This document shows, in pieces, positions 61,657 to 64,000 of a DNA stretch of 64,000 bases. The stretch is from Alphaproteobacteria bacterium (lineage in GTDB: Bacteria; Pseudomonadota; Alphaproteobacteria; GCA-2731375): positions 265,080 through 329,079 of the forward strand of contig CBDDBZ010000032.1 of the NCBI GenBank assembly GCA_965225945.1, given 5' to 3'. The number at the start of each line of letters is the position of its first letter. Position 1 is the stretch's first letter. The notes below the pieces were generated by a model. That model saw only the letters and a program-made list of their open reading frames with translations. It did no database searches and had not been told where the DNA came from. The translations under genes were made by a program, and so were the position numbers.

Positions 61657-63030
61657 ATGGGGAGTTATTTCGACGACTTCGACCCCAAGGCCCTGCTCGC
61701 CGCCTATCCGATCGGCGAGGGGTTCCTCGATTACGCGCATCACCTCTCAGCCGACGCCCTTCGCGCGCTGCAGGAGGAGCGCTTCCTTCGCGTCGTAAAG
61801 CGAGCCTGGGAGGTGCCGTTCTACCGCCGGCACTGGGGCGCCCAGGGCCTCGAGCCCGGCGACGTCCGGAGCCTCGACGACCTCTCCAAGCTTCCCCGCT
61901 TCTCCAAGACCGACTTGATGGCGAGCGTCGAGCGCGAGCCGCCGTTGGGCGACTATCACGGCATGGAGCCCGAGCGCTGGAACGTGGTGCTGCACACCAC
62001 CAGTGGGACCACCGGCGCGCCGCAGCCGCTCTTTTTCGGCGTCGTCGACCGGGAGATCCAGAACCTGCTGCTGGCCCGGGCTTATCTCTTCCAGGGCCTT
62101 CGGCCGGCCGACGTGGTGCATTCGGTCTATGGCTTCGGCATGGTGAACGGCGGGCATTACGTCCGCGAGGCGGTGCTGCACTTCACCAATTGCCTGTTGT
62201 TGCCCGCGGGAACCGGGCTGGAGACGCGCTCCGAACAGCAGGTCGAGCTGATGCGCCGCTTCGGCGCGACGGTGATCGTCGGTTTCGTCGACTATTTGAA
62301 ACGCCTGGCGGAGGTCGCGGCCGAAATGGGGATCGACCCGGCCGAGGAGCTGTCGATCCGGATGATCTCGGGCCATATCGGGCAGGAGGATCACGACCAG
62401 CTGTCGGCGATCTGGGGCGGGGCCGAGATCTTCGATTGGTACGGCGTCGGCGACACCGGGATCATCGCCGCCGAGGGACCGGACCACGACGGCCTGCACC
62501 TCTGGGAGGACGCGCATCTGGTGGAGATCGTCGATTCCGAGACCGGGGCGCCGGTGGCGAAGGGCGAGGCCGGCAACATCTGCGATACCGTCCTCTTCAA
62601 GGATACGATTTATCCCATCATCCGCTTCGATACCTTCGACGTCTCGGCGATATTGCCGGGCCCCTCGGCGCTCGGCTTGCCCTTCCGTCGCATCGCCGGC
62701 TTCCAGGGCCGCGGCGACAACATGGTCAAGCTCAGGGGCATCAACGTCTATCCGACGGCGATCGGCGCGCACCTGGCCGGCCATCCCGCGACGACGGGCG
62801 AATATGTCTGCAAGCGTCGCTGGTCGGGCGGCCGCGAGGAATTGGCGGTGGTGATCGAGGTTCGCGACGAGGCGCGCGGGGCGGCGTTGGCCGGGGAATT
62901 GGCGGAGTTGCTGCGGCGAAATCTCGGCGTCAGGCTGGCGGTCGAGTTGGCGGCGCCGGGCGAGACCGCCGCCCTCACCGAGATCGAGCGCCGGCAGAAA
63001 CCGATCCGGCTGATCGACGAGAGGACGTGA
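61657..63030 (+). CDS. Phenylacetate-CoA ligase family protein
   Basis: VPFYR, HTTSGTTG, PIIRF, GRGDNMVKLRGINVYP. Confidence 0.88.
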   Translation: MGSYFDDFDPKALLAAYPIGEGFLDYAHHLSADALRALQEERFLRVVKRAWEVPFYRRHWGAQGLEPGDVRSLDDLSKLPRFSKTDLMASVEREPPLGDYHGMEPERWNVVLHTTSGTTGAPQPLFFGVVDREIQNLLLARAYLFQGLRPADVVHSVYGFGMVNGGHYVREAVLHFTNCLLLPAGTGLETRSEQQVELMRRFGATVIVGFVDYLKRLAEVAAEMGIDPAEELSIRMISGHIGQEDHDQLSAIWGGAEIFDWYGVGDTGIIAAEGPDHDGLHLWEDAHLVEIVDSETGAPVAKGEAGNICDTVLFKDTIYPIIRFDTFDVSAILPGPSALGLPFRRIAGFQGRGDNMVKLRGINVYPTAIGAHLAGHPATTGEYVCKRRWSGGREELAVVIEVRDEARGAALAGELAELLRRNLGVRLAVELAAPGETAALTEIERRQKPIRLIDERT

Positions 63031-63137
63031 TGGCTGATTTGACCGCTTTGACGCTCGCCGAAGCCGCCCGCGGCCTCGACGAGAAGAGCTTCGATGCCCT
63101 CGACCTGTTGGAGGCCTACCTCAAGTATAAATATTAA
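63030..63137 (+). pseudogene. Amidase/GatA-like N-terminal fragment cut by an insertion
   Basis: MADLTALTLAEAARGLDEKSFDALDLLEAYL, then abrupt AT-rich sequence and a stop. Confidence 0.7.
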
Positions 63138-63343
63138 ACTGACTTTCGGCGACACGCGTGCGCCAACATACGCAGAGGTATGATAAATGACGCTATTTCA
63201 ATAGCTTGATGTCTTCTCTGATCCATTGACCTCGCGCCAAACACGTGCTCCAATGCGCACGTGTTTGATGCCGCTCGCTTCCGTAGTGCTTACGATACCG
63301 AAGACGGCGATCGGCAGCGAGAAGCGAACGGGGACCCGATCCG

Positions 63344-64000
63344 ATGCCAAGACGAGCCGAGCTCACAATCTCCAAACGAACCGTCGACCGGCTGGCCGTC
63401 GAGGGAAGGGACGCGGTCTTCTGGGATCGCGAACTGGGCGGCTTCGGGCTGCGCGTTACCGCACCGTCGAGGAAGTTCCCCGGCGGGTGCCGATCGTTTG
63501 TGTTGTGCTACCGGAATCGAGGTGGCACGCAACGGCGTTACACGGTCGGGAAGTTCCCGTCCGTTTGGTCCGTGGCACAGGCGCGGGCGCGCGTTCGGGA
63601 GTTGAAGCGGGAGATCGACCGTGGCGCCGATCCGGTCCAAGACAATCGTGAGAGACGGGAGGCGCCGAACGTCCGCGAGTTGATGGATCGATTCGATACC
63701 GATCACATCGAGGAGCGGGTGAAGAAGTCGACGGCCGTCGAGTATCGCCGGATCATTAACGGCTATGTCCTCCCAAAACTCGGCCCGAAGAAGGTGACCG
63801 AGGTTACCACCGAGGACGTGATAGCGCTTCACAATAAGCTGAAGGGCACGCCACGAACCGCGAACCAAACTCTCGCCGTGCTGAGCAAGGCTTTCAACCT
63901 CAGCGAACTTTGGGGGCTTCGCCCGCAGCATACAAACCCCACCCGCCACATTCAGCGATGGCCCGAGATCAAGCGCGACCGGATACTCAAGGCCGATGAA
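63344..64000 (+). CDS. Tyrosine integrase with an arm-DNA-binding domain, runs off the right edge of the window
   Basis: Frame open to the edge: FWDRELGGFGLRV, RRYTVGKF, GADP, PKLG, PRTANQTLAVLSKAFN..WGLR. Confidence 0.9.
   Translation, partial: MPRRAELTISKRTVDRLAVEGRDAVFWDRELGGFGLRVTAPSRKFPGGCRSFVLCYRNRGGTQRRYTVGKFPSVWSVAQARARVRELKREIDRGADPVQDNRERREAPNVRELMDRFDTDHIEERVKKSTAVEYRRIINGYVLPKLGPKKVTEVTTEDVIALHNKLKGTPRTANQTLAVLSKAFNLSELWGLRPQHTNPTRHIQRWPEIKRDRILKADE

Noticed and set aside
63030-63137. Fragment as the essential gatA gene
   Set aside because: No gatC upstream and it is coupled to a PaaK-like ligase; more likely a paralogous amidase

Overview
GC-rich alphaproteobacterial-type chromosomal window (secA with a divergent PpiC-type rotamase, soxBDAG, ECF sigma module, many catabolic hydrolases). 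An ~11 kb mobile-element hotspot (14354-25400) contains two IS1595 copies, IS256, a disrupted IS21, an IS3 and a cargo cassette with perfect 43-bp terminal inverted repeats. That cassette was invaded by IS1595 and had its end rebuilt. A STAND adenylate cyclase gene is bracketed by a diverged duplicate of the neighbouring gene's 3' end. A second IS256 truncates an amidohydrolase. The catabolic operon at 47.5-57.9 kb (fused hydantoinase/oxoprolinase, Mo-hydroxylase, 6-hydroxynicotinate reductase, MarR, UPF0280) lies directly after sarcosine oxidase-like genes and has no enamidase, suggesting a variant pyridine-carboxylate pathway. The window ends in a tyrosine-integrase element that interrupts an amidase gene. 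No rRNA, tRNA or CRISPR array was seen. Protein calls come from motif recognition by eye, not from database searches.
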